Shown here: piece after piece, positions 39,828 through 50,757 of the stretch
Layout: each line of letters begins with the position of its first letter
Numbering within the stretch: the first letter of the stretch is position 1
NCBI GenBank assembly: GCA_000092065.1
Contig: CP000588.1
Direction: 5' to 3' (one strand)
DNA: 64,000 bases
Origin: Ostreococcus lucimarinus
Taxonomy: Eukaryota
Translations under genes and position numbers: made by a program
The notes under the pieces: generated by a model
The model's database searches: none
Seen by the model: the letters and a program-made list of their open reading frames with translations, nothing else
What the model was told of the DNA's origin: nothing

Positions 39828-41064
39828 CTACGCAGCCAGCGGCTTCTTCATGACGATGAGATACATCGGAGAGAAGATGCCGAGATCACCGCCTTTCTCG
39901 AGGTTGACCGCAGCCTTCAACAACATGGTGTGCACGGCTTGCGTCCCCTTGGGCGCGAAGCCGATGAACTCGAGCACGCCGGTGAGGACGTGCGTCAAGT
40001 ACGCCGCCCGGCGAGCAGATTTCATGGCTTGTTGCCACGGAACGGCTCCAAGGGTGGCGCGATCAAAAGTAAACTGCACGTCGAAGCCCGCCGCCTTCGC
40101 GGCTTCAACGCAATCTTCGATGGTGCGCACTTCCGGCAGTGCGTTACCTTCAGCGATGCCATCGACGACGTCGACGTGAACCTTATTATTCGGGTCGTAT
40201 TGATCGGTGCGCAACCACTCGTAGGACGCAAAGAGGGCACCCGGTTTGAGGACTTGGAACACTTGCTTGTACAAAGCAGTGGTGTTCGACGCGTGGCACG
40301 CGGCTTCAATGGCATACGCGCCGTCAAAGGATCGACCCTTGAACACCTTCGCGAGGTCCATGAAGTTACCTTGAACGATCTCCGTCAAATCTTCCAGGCC
40401 AGCCTGCTGGTTCAAAGTGTTGCAGCGGCCAACTTGGTACTCATTGATAGTGATACCAGTCACCTTACCGCCCGTGGCCTTGACGATGTTGCGCATCGGA
40501 CCCCCAACGCCGCAGCCAAGGTCCAACACGTTCATCCCCGCCTTCAAACCAATGTTCTCCGCGATCGCTGTGCGTGTAAAACGGGTAAAGTCGCGTCAGT
40601 CGAATGCCTGCTTTTCACGGATATGCGTGTAGAACGCGTTCACGGATTCGAGACGAGTGATGCGCGCGAGACGAGCATGACGTACCGACTTCCTGGCGAA
40701 TGATGGAGTCTTCAAAGCTCTCCCCCTTTTCGCGTGCGGCGAAGTGGAAGCTTTCGCCCCAACCGTACTCGTAAAAGTCGGTGATGAGGGAGTAAAACTT
40801 GTTCACGAAGTCCGGGGTGGACAAGATGCGCGATCCGACCCCCTTACCGTCTTCTTGGTCGAAGAACTCGTTGTAAGATTTTATCCCTTTGTCCACCATC
40901 GTCTTCGCCATCGCCCCGGTCTTCCCGCCGAACGAGCGCAGCGGGTTCTTGCGGAACCAAGACAACTTCACCGCGACGTAGATACCACCAGTCAGCGTCA
41001 CCCCACCGACGATCATCTGGACTTTCTTGTCCTCGAGCGCGTCCATGACGCGCGCGGTAGCCAT
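39828..41064 (-). CDS. SMT1: Sterol 24-C-methyltransferase (SMT1/ERG6-type). Two exons: join(41064..40686, 40567..39828).
   Basis: Exon 1 reads ...YEYGWGESFHFAAR...ESFEDSIIRQEV. Exon 2 reads AIAENIGLKAGMNVLDLGCGVGGP... and carries SAM-methyltransferase motifs. The 118-bp intron has donor GTACGT and branch GACTGACG. Confidence 0.85.
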
Positions 41065-41741
41065 CTCGAGAGACCTTTGGCGCGAAAAGTCGAGCGCGCA
41101 AGATGCGATCTCGCGCCGAACTCCGAAGCTTTACGAGCGCGGACGGCGCGTGGAGGGCGTGCGGACGTGCGAAGGGTGGCTATGGACTCCCTCGAGGACG
41201 GACGTTCGAACGAATCGAAGTCGTCGTGTGCGGCGGCGGTAATCTTTCGGAACGCCTCGTGACGTCTTCGCGGATACGAGCGCCGCCGCTGCGAATCCGA
41301 ACCCGCCGCGGGCGCGACGAAAGGCCAGACGTCGTCGGGGGACTCGCGACGAGTCGTGATTCGATCGCGTCGCACGTTTTTTATCGATCATCCGCGTCAA
41401 AGGTGAAAGATCTATCATGGCTTTGAATACGGTAAAATTGACATCGGGGGAGATGCAGAGCCTCCCGCGGACATATCGACCTAGCCCTAGATCGCCAAGT
41501 TTCGGCGCTGAGCCCTGCGCAATCAGTCGTTGTGACGCCTCACACGGACCCATATCGACTTTCTCGACTTTCTCGACTTCTACGACGCCGACCGTCGCGC
41601 GCGATTTCGCGAAAGGGCTTATGCGATCTAACGTGGATGCGGTTCAGATGATGAGATCGCTGGAGTGGTGGATTAATGGATGAATGAATTGAAATGAGTC
41701 CTAGTATATATAAAAGCGTCGCGACGGGCGTCGGTGAGCTT

Positions 41742-42736
41742 TTACGGCTTGGTCGAAACCTTCACCATCGAAGCACGGATGAGGCTACTACCGATCTTAT
41801 AGCCCTTTCTGAATTCTTCAATGATGGTATCTTCATCCATCTCGTCGTTCTCTTCCCGCATGATAGCCTCATGGTCGTTCGGGTCGAACGGTTCACCGAC
41901 GCCCGCGACGACTTGGAGGCCTTGCGATGAAAGAATTTCCATCAACTGCTTGTGCATGTTTTGATATCCCGTCAATATCTTCTCCTCACCTTCGGTCGAA
42001 CCCTTGATATTCTTCTCTGCGAGGTCAAAGTTATCGAGCACGGGCAAGAGAGCCTTGACAAAGTCCCCCTTGGCGCTGCTCGCGAGGTTCTCCTTTTCCT
42101 TGAGCGTTCGCTTGCGGAAGTTGTCGAAGTCTGCGTTCAAACGCAAGTATTGATCCTTCATCGCGGCCACTTGGTCTTCCATACCGACCATCTTTGCGTT
42201 TGCATCACCGATTTCTCCCTTGAGGGAGGCCACAAGCTCCGCTGCGTCGGCGTTATCGCCGACGACGACCTCGAGTCGACCGACGAGCGCGCTCAACGCG
42301 GTCTCCTCTTCTTCCGCACCTCCTGCGACTTCTTCGTCGTCCTCGACGACTTCAACTTCGGGCACTTCTTCTTCAGTCTCAACAGTTTCACCCTGCGCGG
42401 TGCGAGAACACGCGTTGTTTCGTCAGTCGTTCGTTCGTCCTCGTCGACCGATACCCTCGTCGCCCCGCTCCCTCGTCGCTCGCCCGTCTAATCCTCGATC
42501 CCTCGCGCGCCGTCGGCCTCGCGCGTCGCCCTCGAGTCTCGCCACGCGTCGTTCTATCGCACCTCTTCTTCCCCCGCGCGCGCGATGATCTTCATCGCTC
42601 GCGCCTCGCGCGTCGCCCCCGAAGGTGTCGAACACGCTCGAAGATTCATCTTCGCGCGCATCGTCGTCGTCGTCGTCGTCGCGCGGGCGCGCGCGCGCGC
42701 GGGCGCCGACGCGATCGAGATCGTGATCGCGGACAT
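41742..42736 (-). CDS. GRPE: GrpE nucleotide-exchange factor, organellar. Two exons: join(42736 or 42659..42563, 42392..41742).
   Basis: NADFDNFRKRTLKEKE...KALLPVLDNFD...EFRKGYK...RASMVKV is GrpE. The 170-bp intron (42393-42562) has donor GTGCGAT and branch GACTGACG. Exon 1 encodes a presequence. Start-codon choice is ambiguous and a (GTC)7 tract sits at 42660-42680. Confidence 0.8.
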
Positions 42737-42888
42737 CCTCGGTGCGCCCGCGCGTCGGCTGCTCGACGGTTCGCGCGCGAACGAGTGGCGCGCGACGGGG
42801 TTTCCCTCGCCCTCGCGTCGTCGTCCACGCCGCACGCCGCGTCGCACCCTCGGTCGTCGTCGCCGAGACGACGCGACGACGACGGGCG

Positions 42889-43719
42889 ATGCTCGATGAC
42901 GGCGAACGACGCGCGATGACGCTCAGCACGCTCGCCGGACTCGCGACGACGCTCGGCGCGGTGGTGGCGGTGTGGAAGAAACCGGACGCGCGCGCGATGG
43001 CGTTCTTGCTCGGCGTCGCGATCGGAGTGATGACGTCGCTGTCGTTCGTGGAACTGTACGCGAAGAATGTCATCGAGCACGGGTTCTGGAGCGTCACCGC
43101 GGCGACGCTGGGGGGGGCGGGGACGTACGCGTGCGCGGCGCCGCTGTTGCCGAATCCAGAGACGCACCACGAGGCGAACGCGGGGACACCACCGAACGAA
43201 CGAACGACGATGAACGCGACGTCGAAGAGCGACGATGAAAAGGATGCCATCGCCGCTGGAAGAGTGAGCAGGGCGCGGTTGTTGCGATTGGGGATTTTGA
43301 TGGCGTTCGCGATGACGCTGCACAACTTGCCAGAGGGGTTCGCGGTGGCGTGCGCGTCGTATACGACGATTGGACCGACGATGGCGTTCGCGATCGGAAT
43401 GCATAACGTCCCAGAGGGTATCATCATCGCTGCCCCGGTGTATGCAGCGACTGGAAGCCGAAGTCGAGCCATTCTTCTCGCCACCGCGAGCGGGTTGTCG
43501 GAACCAGTCGGGGCGCTCATCGCTTTGAAATTCATGAAACCGTACCTCACTCCAACGCGTTTGGAACATCTCCTCGCCGGCACTGGTGGGATTATGGTTG
43601 CTGTGTGTGCGCTTGAATTGTGGCCCGAGGCGAGAAAATGTGGAAATAGTGACAATATGTACCGTGGGGTCATCTTTGGCGCCGCTCTGATGATGCTCAC
43701 GTTGTATCTCGGCGCGTAA
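42889..43719 (+). CDS. ZIP-family (ZupT/GufA-like) metal transporter
   Basis: HNLPEGFAVA...GMHNVPEGIIIAAPV are ZIP signature helices. The ATG at 42889 follows an R-rich upstream frame. Confidence 0.8.
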   Translation: MLDDGERRAMTLSTLAGLATTLGAVVAVWKKPDARAMAFLLGVAIGVMTSLSFVELYAKNVIEHGFWSVTAATLGGAGTYACAAPLLPNPETHHEANAGTPPNERTTMNATSKSDDEKDAIAAGRVSRARLLRLGILMAFAMTLHNLPEGFAVACASYTTIGPTMAFAIGMHNVPEGIIIAAPVYAATGSRSRAILLATASGLSEPVGALIALKFMKPYLTPTRLEHLLAGTGGIMVAVCALELWPEARKCGNSDNMYRGVIFGAALMMLTLYLGA

Positions 43720-43768
43720 AAAATCTGTTGTAGCTTTAGATTGCTCCAAACTCTATGTTGCTAGCGTT

Positions 43769-46579
43769 CTATAACAATCCTCGCAAGCTGATAACGTTAC
43801 GAGTGCTTGGCGATAGCATCGACTCGCACCGCCCGTTTGTATTCCCAGTTTCTGGAATCCCGTGCGAAACAGCTCGCATCTTCTTTTCCGTGCTCGTATT
43901 CGCTCGATAGTTTTGCCATGACGTTCCATTACTGTCTAGTAGCGTGCCTCCCCACGCAGCGTCTTCCGTAGCCGTAGATAGAAGCTCAGCCACGCGTGTC
44001 TTCACTTGCGCTTTGCCGCTGCGGTGATCCAACTCTATCGGGCCTTTACTCTCGCGCTTCAGCGTGGCGATCCCCTGAAAAAAGAGAAACTTTTGCTCCG
44101 CATCAACGCTGCTGATGAGTGAGATACTATGCATCGAACCGGGGAACCCGACTCGCATATCGCGGAGATCTTCCTCAACGAGCACCCCAGCTTCGAAGAG
44201 TTGTCTGACAAACCGTTTCAGTACGACGCAGTGCTCCTTGAAGCGCTCGTATTCCAGAAGTCCCGCACGGTTAGTGATGAATGTGTTAAACTTCTGCTGA
44301 AGATCGAGTTGACCAGTTTTCTTTTGCAACTTTTGGAACCTCACTGGTCCGAGGTTTCTGAGCAGCCTTCGACGCTGGGCTTCGTTTCGAGCAGCGAGCA
44401 TGCGCACTCCCAAATCCTCGATGGCGAACATGATAACTCGTCGAAAGCTCAGTGGGCTACAGCCAATACTGTACTTGCCCATGCTTTTGATCATATTTAC
44501 GTACACGCTACAAAGCTGCGGATTCAATAGCATCTCTTCAAATCCAGAACAGAAAATGTGAGCCAGTACGTTTTCATGGTACACGCCGTACATGACCATC
44601 TGTTTCACCAGATTTTGAAAGATGTGTTCGTCCACCTTCAAGTTTGCAAAAGTTGAACCCATCATTACCACCTGGTTCTCATTCCACTTTGACAAAGACT
44701 CTTTCATGAGTTCATCAACGTTGGTGCGGTGTTTGTTCACCGGATGACCAAATGCTCCACTTCCACATACGTACAAATTCTCGCTCCCTCGAGCAACGAC
44801 AAACGTGGATGATTTGGATGCGTAAACCTGCTCAGCTTTAACTTCATACATCGGATGTCGCTCGATCTCTTCTATTTCCGACTTCTTCAAGGCGAGACGA
44901 TCGGTGACTGATAACGCTGGCTGTAACTTTTTCGGCGTAGTCGCCGTGGCGATTGACCCGTCGCCGAGTTGACCAAAGTCGTTTGATCCACAGACAAAAA
45001 CGTCGCCAAGCGTTGTCAACATGACGGTGTGATTATCACCAGCTCCGATTTGAACGATGAAAACGTTCACCATAGTAGACACCAGTGTCACCAAACTTCG
45101 ATCTACCGTGTCGCTCAATCCCAACTGTCCATCGGAACCGCGTCCGCAGACGTATACTCGACCCTTCTCTGTTAGCATTACTGTGTGCTCCTCTCCCCCG
45201 ACGACCTGCACGACCTTGTGACGAACCTTTTCCAACGCCACACAGCTTTCGCTTACGTCTTTGAGAGCCGTCATCTCGTTGATGAACCTCTGTTCAAGCT
45301 GGACCGAGTCGAGATGGATTTCTTCCACGTCGACTCGTTCCGGAACACCGCCGACGAACTCGTCGTGCCCCATGCGTCTGGGAATGAAAATATTCGAAAA
45401 GTCACCGCATCCGAGCTGACCACAACTATTTGAGCCAAATCCATAAACGTAACCCGAATCGGTCACTACGAGTGTGTGATTGCTACCGCAAGCCACTGAA
45501 GACACGTTCATAAGAGTGACAGATTCCACGAGCTTTGGCTTGGCGTAGTTAACCCCATCTCCGTGACCGAGTTGACCGCAATCTCCAACGCCGAAAGTGT
45601 AAACTTGCCCTGAGCCCGTTGTTATGACCGTGTGTGCTGAGCCCGCGGCACAAGACACCACCTTCGTCGTGGCGTTGGTCATCCAGTACATCCACTTTGG
45701 TGTGTTGTGAATCCGATTCAAACCGCTCTCACCGTGGCCAGTGCAACCGCCTACATCTTCCCCCCACGTCAAGCACTCCTGTCCTGATGTCACCGCTACC
45801 GAGTATCGGCCGCCTGCGGCGACATCTACAGCCTTCGCTCCGTCAATGACGTCGAGCGCCACCGGAACGTCCTGAGACGTCGTCGTTCGAAGACCGAGTT
45901 GCGATGACTCATCGGATCCCATAACAAGTATCCGTCCGTCGTGATCAGTATACGTAGGAGCGATATGTTCCAGCGCCTCTGGGTTGGATTCAAGAAGAAT
46001 AAGCGCATGATCGTCCCCACCAGATATTTTCTTCACCCGCGACCCCAATGGTAGACTGAACACAACTGGCTTGACGAACCGGTGCAAATGAGACGGCACT
46101 CCACGTAAGTTCTTCAATCGAGTCTCCATGTAAGCCACTCTCTCTTCGGACGTCGCATTGGCCTTACTCCCGCGATTACGAAATAAAATATTCATATATC
46201 CACCGACCGCAGGTTCACCGTCCGCGTCTACATCGTCGTCGGCTGCGTCGGTTGTTGTCAACGTTAAAGACGTCGCTGGTTCGTCCAAACGCGAGGCGCC
46301 TTTCTCCGCGAGCATCGCAACCGCAAGTTCTTCTTTCTCCACTTCGCGATCGGATCGTAATATTTCTACATCTTCTTCGTCATCGGACTCGCTCCATCTT
46401 AGCTCATCCACATCATCCGGGTTGCGGAACGCCCCCGTCTCGCGCTCGCGCCACTCGACGCGATGAATCGTCTCTACAAACTTTTGCTTTACTCGGTCCT
46501 CTTCGGTGTAACGAAGGACTGGAATACCCCAAGCGTTGATATTGACATCATCCCCATTGTTTGCGCCCGAGGGTTCCAT
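43769..46579 (-). CDS. RCC1-repeat protein with additional N-terminal and C-terminal regions
   Basis: Repeated GQLGHGD, CGQLGCGD, GSDGQLGLSD and GSNDFGQLGDG blades. ATG at 46579 confirmed. Confidence 0.7.
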   Translation of the reverse strand: MEPSGANNGDDVNINAWGIPVLRYTEEDRVKQKFVETIHRVEWRERETGAFRNPDDVDELRWSESDDEEDVEILRSDREVEKEELAVAMLAEKGASRLDEPATSLTLTTTDAADDDVDADGEPAVGGYMNILFRNRGSKANATSEERVAYMETRLKNLRGVPSHLHRFVKPVVFSLPLGSRVKKISGGDDHALILLESNPEALEHIAPTYTDHDGRILVMGSDESSQLGLRTTTSQDVPVALDVIDGAKAVDVAAGGRYSVAVTSGQECLTWGEDVGGCTGHGESGLNRIHNTPKWMYWMTNATTKVVSCAAGSAHTVITTGSGQVYTFGVGDCGQLGHGDGVNYAKPKLVESVTLMNVSSVACGSNHTLVVTDSGYVYGFGSNSCGQLGCGDFSNIFIPRRMGHDEFVGGVPERVDVEEIHLDSVQLEQRFINEMTALKDVSESCVALEKVRHKVVQVVGGEEHTVMLTEKGRVYVCGRGSDGQLGLSDTVDRSLVTLVSTMVNVFIVQIGAGDNHTVMLTTLGDVFVCGSNDFGQLGDGSIATATTPKKLQPALSVTDRLALKKSEIEEIERHPMYEVKAEQVYASKSSTFVVARGSENLYVCGSGAFGHPVNKHRTNVDELMKESLSKWNENQVVMMGSTFANLKVDEHIFQNLVKQMVMYGVYHENVLAHIFCSGFEEMLLNPQLCSVYVNMIKSMGKYSIGCSPLSFRRVIMFAIEDLGVRMLAARNEAQRRRLLRNLGPVRFQKLQKKTGQLDLQQKFNTFITNRAGLLEYERFKEHCVVLKRFVRQLFEAGVLVEEDLRDMRVGFPGSMHSISLISSVDAEQKFLFFQGIATLKRESKGPIELDHRSGKAQVKTRVAELLSTATEDAAWGGTLLDSNGTSWQNYRANTSTEKKMRAVSHGIPETGNTNGRCESMLSPSTRNVISLRGLL

Positions 46580-46840
46580 CGCGTGACGCTCGCGTGCGGG
46601 GGCACGCGAGCGTTCGCGCCGGTTCGTTGGATGTCCCGCGGCTCTTCGAGTCGCGTACGAATCCCTCGCGCGCCGTCTACGACGGCGTCGTCAATCGTCG
46701 AACGCACGCGCGGTCGGCGATAACACTCCCTACGCGTCGTTTCCCGCCCCGCGGTGGGTGGACGGTGGACGGCCTTCGTGCGCACTGCCGCGTAATGCCG
46801 CGCCCGACGCGACGGCAAGTCCCCCTGTCCCTCGACGCCC

Positions 46841-47140
46841 TCGACGGGGTCGATCGACGGGGTCGATCGATACGATCGACCGAATGCTTCGACGCGATCG
46901 ACGCGATCGATCGATCGGATACGATCGACGTCGATCGACGTGATCGATCGATCGAATGTTTGACGCGATCGACGTCGATCGATGCGATCGATCGATCGGA
47001 TACGATCGACGTCGAACGACGTGATCGATCGATCGAATGCTTCGACGGGATCGACGTCGATCGACGCGATCGATGCGATCGAACGATCGAACGCGATCGA
47101 ACGATCGGATGCGATCGACGGGATCGACCGAACTCGATCG
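46841..47140. repeat. Minisatellite of about 2.3 copies of an 81-82-bp unit built from TCGATCGA/CGATCG palindromes. It lies in the 770-bp divergent spacer between RCC1 and iPGAM.
   Basis: cggatacgatcgacgtcga(t/a)cgacgtgatcgatcgatcgaatg(t/c)tt... recurs at 46910 and 46991, with partial copies on both flanks. Confidence 0.85.
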
Positions 47141-47350
47141 ATCGACGGCGCACCGTTCCCCTCGCGACGTTCGCGAAAGCGCGGCCGTCCAACCTCAGAG
47201 CGTCGATCGATCGACCTCGCGATCCGGACAAAGGAAATCGGGTGTTTGCCCTAGCCCTCCGAAAAGTACCGAACGCGCCGCCCTCTCTCACGCGCGGGGC
47301 GCGTGGCGTCGCACTTCATCGCGCGCGCTCGAAGACGACGGGGAACGATC

Positions 47351-48994
47351 ATGGAGCTTCATCCGCACCCGACAATCCCGCAAAAGAAGCCCGTCTTGGT
47401 GTGCATCCTCGACGGTTGGGGAGAGAATGAATACGAGGACGAGCACAACGCCGTGCATGTGGCCAAGACGCCGACGATGGACGCGCTCAAGGCGAAAGGT
47501 CAATCGTTCTATCGCACCGTCCAGGCGCACGGTACGGCCGTTGGCCTGCCCACCGATGCGGACATGGGGAACTCCGAAGTCGGGCACAACGCCCTGGGCG
47601 CGGGGAAGGTGATCGCGCAGGGAGCGTCCCTGGTTGACATTGCGCTTGAGACAAAGAACATGTTTAGCGACGCCGGGTGGGGGTACATCAAGCCCGCGTT
47701 CGCGAACAATACGCTTCACGTGATTGGATTATTGAGTGATGGCGGTGTGCACTCGCGCACGGATCAAATATTTGGCTTGATGCGAGGCGCGCTCGCGGAT
47801 GGGTGCAAAAAGTTGCGCCTGCACGTGCTCACCGACGGACGAGACGTTCCGGATGGTACATCGCACGAGTACATGGCAAAACTCGTCGCTGAACTCGACT
47901 CGTACACCGCGCAGGGATGTGATGCGAAGGTTGCTTCCGGTGGTGGACGCATGGCGGTGACCATGGATCGTTACGAAGCCGACTGGGGTATGGTTGAGCG
48001 GGGCTGGCGCGCGCACGTTTTGGGTGACGCCCCGCATAAGTTCAAGTGCCCGAAAGAAGCTTTGACGGAGCTTAAGAAGGATGGAGCCACCGACCAGTAC
48101 GTTGCACCGTTTGTCATCGTTGGCGATGATGGCGAAGCGGTCGGTACGATCCAAGACGACGATGCCGTCGTCATCTGCAACTTCCGCGCAGATCGCGTTG
48201 TCGAAATTTCCAAGGCTTTCGAGTATGCAGACTTTGACTCGTTCGATCGCGTGCGATTTCCCAAGACAAAGTTTGTGGGACTGATGCAGTACGATGGCGA
48301 CTTGAAGCTACCGGCGAACTATCTCGTTCCACCCCCGCTCATCGAGCGGACTTCTGGCGAATGGCTCGCGAAGAATGGATTGAAAACCTTCGCGTGCTCC
48401 GAAACTCAAAAGTTTGGTCATGTCACCTTCTTTTGGAACGGTAACCGCTCTGGGTACTTCAACGAAAATCTTGAAACATATGTCGAGATTCCGAGCGACA
48501 ATGTGCCTTTTAACCAAGCGCCGTTGATGAAGGCTCGCGAAATCACCGCAGCCGGGAAGGAGGCGTTGCTCTCTGGGAAGTACGACGTCGTTCGGATCAA
48601 CTACGCTAACCCTGATATGGTTGGTCACACCGGTGACATGGCGGCCACCGTTGCGGCTTGCGAAGAGTGCGATGCGTGCGTGAAGGAACTTCTCGACCTC
48701 GTGGAAGAGTTGGGTGGTATGTTCCTGGTCACCGCCGATCACGGCAACGCCGACGACATGGTGCAGCGCGACAAAAAGGGTGGCGCGTTGAAGGACGACA
48801 GCGGCGCACTCTTGGCTCTCACTTCGCACACTCTCGCTCCAGTTCCGGTCGCAATCGGTGGTCCGGCGTTGCCCACGGGTGTCAAGTTTCGCGACGATCT
48901 CCCAAAGGCTGGTCTCGCCAACGTCACGGCGACGTACATCAACCTCATGGGATACGAGGCGCCGGCTGAGATGGAGCCCAGTCTCATCGCGTGA
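47351..48994 (+). CDS. PGM: 2,3-bisphosphoglycerate-independent phosphoglycerate mutase (iPGAM)
   Basis: KKPVLVCILDGWGENEYEDEHNAV...TPTMDAL...VGHNALGAG... is colinear with plant iPGM. ATG at 47351. Confidence 0.9.
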   Translation: MELHPHPTIPQKKPVLVCILDGWGENEYEDEHNAVHVAKTPTMDALKAKGQSFYRTVQAHGTAVGLPTDADMGNSEVGHNALGAGKVIAQGASLVDIALETKNMFSDAGWGYIKPAFANNTLHVIGLLSDGGVHSRTDQIFGLMRGALADGCKKLRLHVLTDGRDVPDGTSHEYMAKLVAELDSYTAQGCDAKVASGGGRMAVTMDRYEADWGMVERGWRAHVLGDAPHKFKCPKEALTELKKDGATDQYVAPFVIVGDDGEAVGTIQDDDAVVICNFRADRVVEISKAFEYADFDSFDRVRFPKTKFVGLMQYDGDLKLPANYLVPPPLIERTSGEWLAKNGLKTFACSETQKFGHVTFFWNGNRSGYFNENLETYVEIPSDNVPFNQAPLMKAREITAAGKEALLSGKYDVVRINYANPDMVGHTGDMAATVAACEECDACVKELLDLVEELGGMFLVTADHGNADDMVQRDKKGGALKDDSGALLALTSHTLAPVPVAIGGPALPTGVKFRDDLPKAGLANVTATYINLMGYEAPAEMEPSLIA

Positions 48995-49262
48995 TCGCGA
49001 CCCGCGGAGCTCTTTGCGACGCGTCTCCACGCGCACTCAAGGTGCTTAATCTCGAATCACCATTAATCAGTCCTCATGTCAACATCAGATTTTTTCTTTA
49101 GACGCACCGTCCCGGCGACGCGTCTGTCCGCACTCTGCGATGCGCGTCGACGGCGCTTCCTCGGCGTCCCTCGCGCGTGCGTCCGTCCCTCGCGTCGCGC
49201 GTGCGAGCACCGCTCGTTCGACAAGGCACCGCGCTCGTTCACATCGCGCGCGCGTCGTCGCC

Positions 49263-50713
49263 ATGTCCACCACCGTCAAGTCTTGGGACGAACTTCGCGC
49301 GTCCCACACCGCGTCGACGTCGAGCTGCGTGAAACGGCTGACGGAAGACGCGCAGGCGCGCGCGCGCGGCGGTGGACCGGCGCATCAGGACAACGCGCTG
49401 CGATTGTTCGGCGCGCGCGAGGAGGACGTGCGGGTGACGTTTTATCGCGACCACGCGGGGGTGCGTGCTGAAGCGACGCGCCGTCGCGTCGGCGCCCCAG
49501 CGCGCCGCCCGAGCGCGCGGTTTGGATTTGGCGATTCGCGGCGAACGGAGAACGAAAGACTGACGCACGAACGCTCTCACTCGCGCAGTGGTGCCCGTAC
49601 TGTCAAAAGCTTTGGATCATGCTCGAAGAAAAACAAATCCCGTACCGAGTGGAGAAGATCAACATGCGATCGTACGGCGATAAACCAAAGGCGTTTCTGG
49701 ACAAGATTCCGAGCGGGCTGTTGCCGGTGGTGGAGATCGACGGGAATATGATCACGGAGAGTTTGGTCATCATGCAAATCCTCGAACGCGAGTTCCCGGA
49801 GCGACCGACGCTTCCCGAGGATAAGTTTGAGGCGGCGAACGTGCTTTTGAAGCTCGAACGTCAGTTGTTTTCGGATTGGTGCGGCCTCGTGTTTCGGCCC
49901 TCGATGCCGGGACCGCTGGGAGCGAGAGCGGGATTCGAAAAGACGTTGGACAAGGTCGACGAAGCGCTCGGCTCTACGGAAGGACCATGGTTTCTCGGGG
50001 GAGAAAGTCCAAGCATTGTGGACTTTCAGTACGTCTCGCACGTCGAGCGCATGAACGCGAGCGTTCTGTATTGGAAGGGACTGCAAATGCGCGGCACAAA
50101 GCGTTGGGCCAACATAGAAAGGTGGCTCCTCGCGTTTGAGGCGAGACCGACGTATCAGGCGACAAAGAGCGACTACTACACGCACATCATGGATATCCCA
50201 CCTCAATATGGACCGGGATACGCCGATAAAAACGCCGCGGTGGACGAAGCTGTGGCGGTCATCGGCGGCGAAAAGAGTTGGCGATTACCGGTTTCTCTAT
50301 CTGCTGACGGCTTGGAGCCGCTTCCGGAATCTATGAACCGAGGTGAAGAGGACGCAAAGCATGAAGCAGCGTATAAACTGATTGCAAACTCTGCAAATAT
50401 CGTCAAGTTTGCTTGCAGAGGTATGGGCGAGCCAGGTCGCAAGCAGTTCGGTGCTCCGCTCGCGGATCCTTATGCGGTCCCGAATTTAAACTACGAAAGT
50501 CGCGTCGATGAATGCTTGCGAAAGGTGGCGCAGGCTCTGATCGAGGGTACCGCCGAGCCATCGGAACCAAGTTCGAATACAAGCTCGGAGGCGAAATCCG
50601 TTCGTAAATGTCTAGCATACCTGCGCGATCGCGTCGGGGTCCCGCGAGATATGAGCTATCCCGCGGCGATGCAACTCAGAGCGCACTTAAACTGGTGCGC
50701 CGACTCGCTTTAG
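49263..50713 (+). CDS. GST-superfamily thiol transferase with a glutaredoxin-like CPYC active site. Two exons: join(49263..49460, 49589..50713).
   Basis: Exon 1 reads ...RLFGAREEDVRVTFYRDHAG. Exon 2 starts WCPYCQKLWIMLEEKQIPYRVEKINM..., followed by a GST C-terminal domain. The 128-bp intron has donor GTGCGTG and branch GACTGACG. Confidence 0.75.
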
Positions 50714-50757
50714 ATCGCTTGCTTAGTATTGATACAGAGATTTTTCTATGCGCTAAT

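Noticed and set aside
42646-43749. 367-aa minus-strand ORF antisense to the ZIP transporter
   Set aside because: It is R-rich and low-complexity. The ZIP transporter on the + strand has clear family motifs.
46677-47612. ORFs with IDRS/DRSIDR repeat proteins across 46677-47612 on both strands
   Set aside because: These are translations of the CGATCG minisatellite and are not coding.
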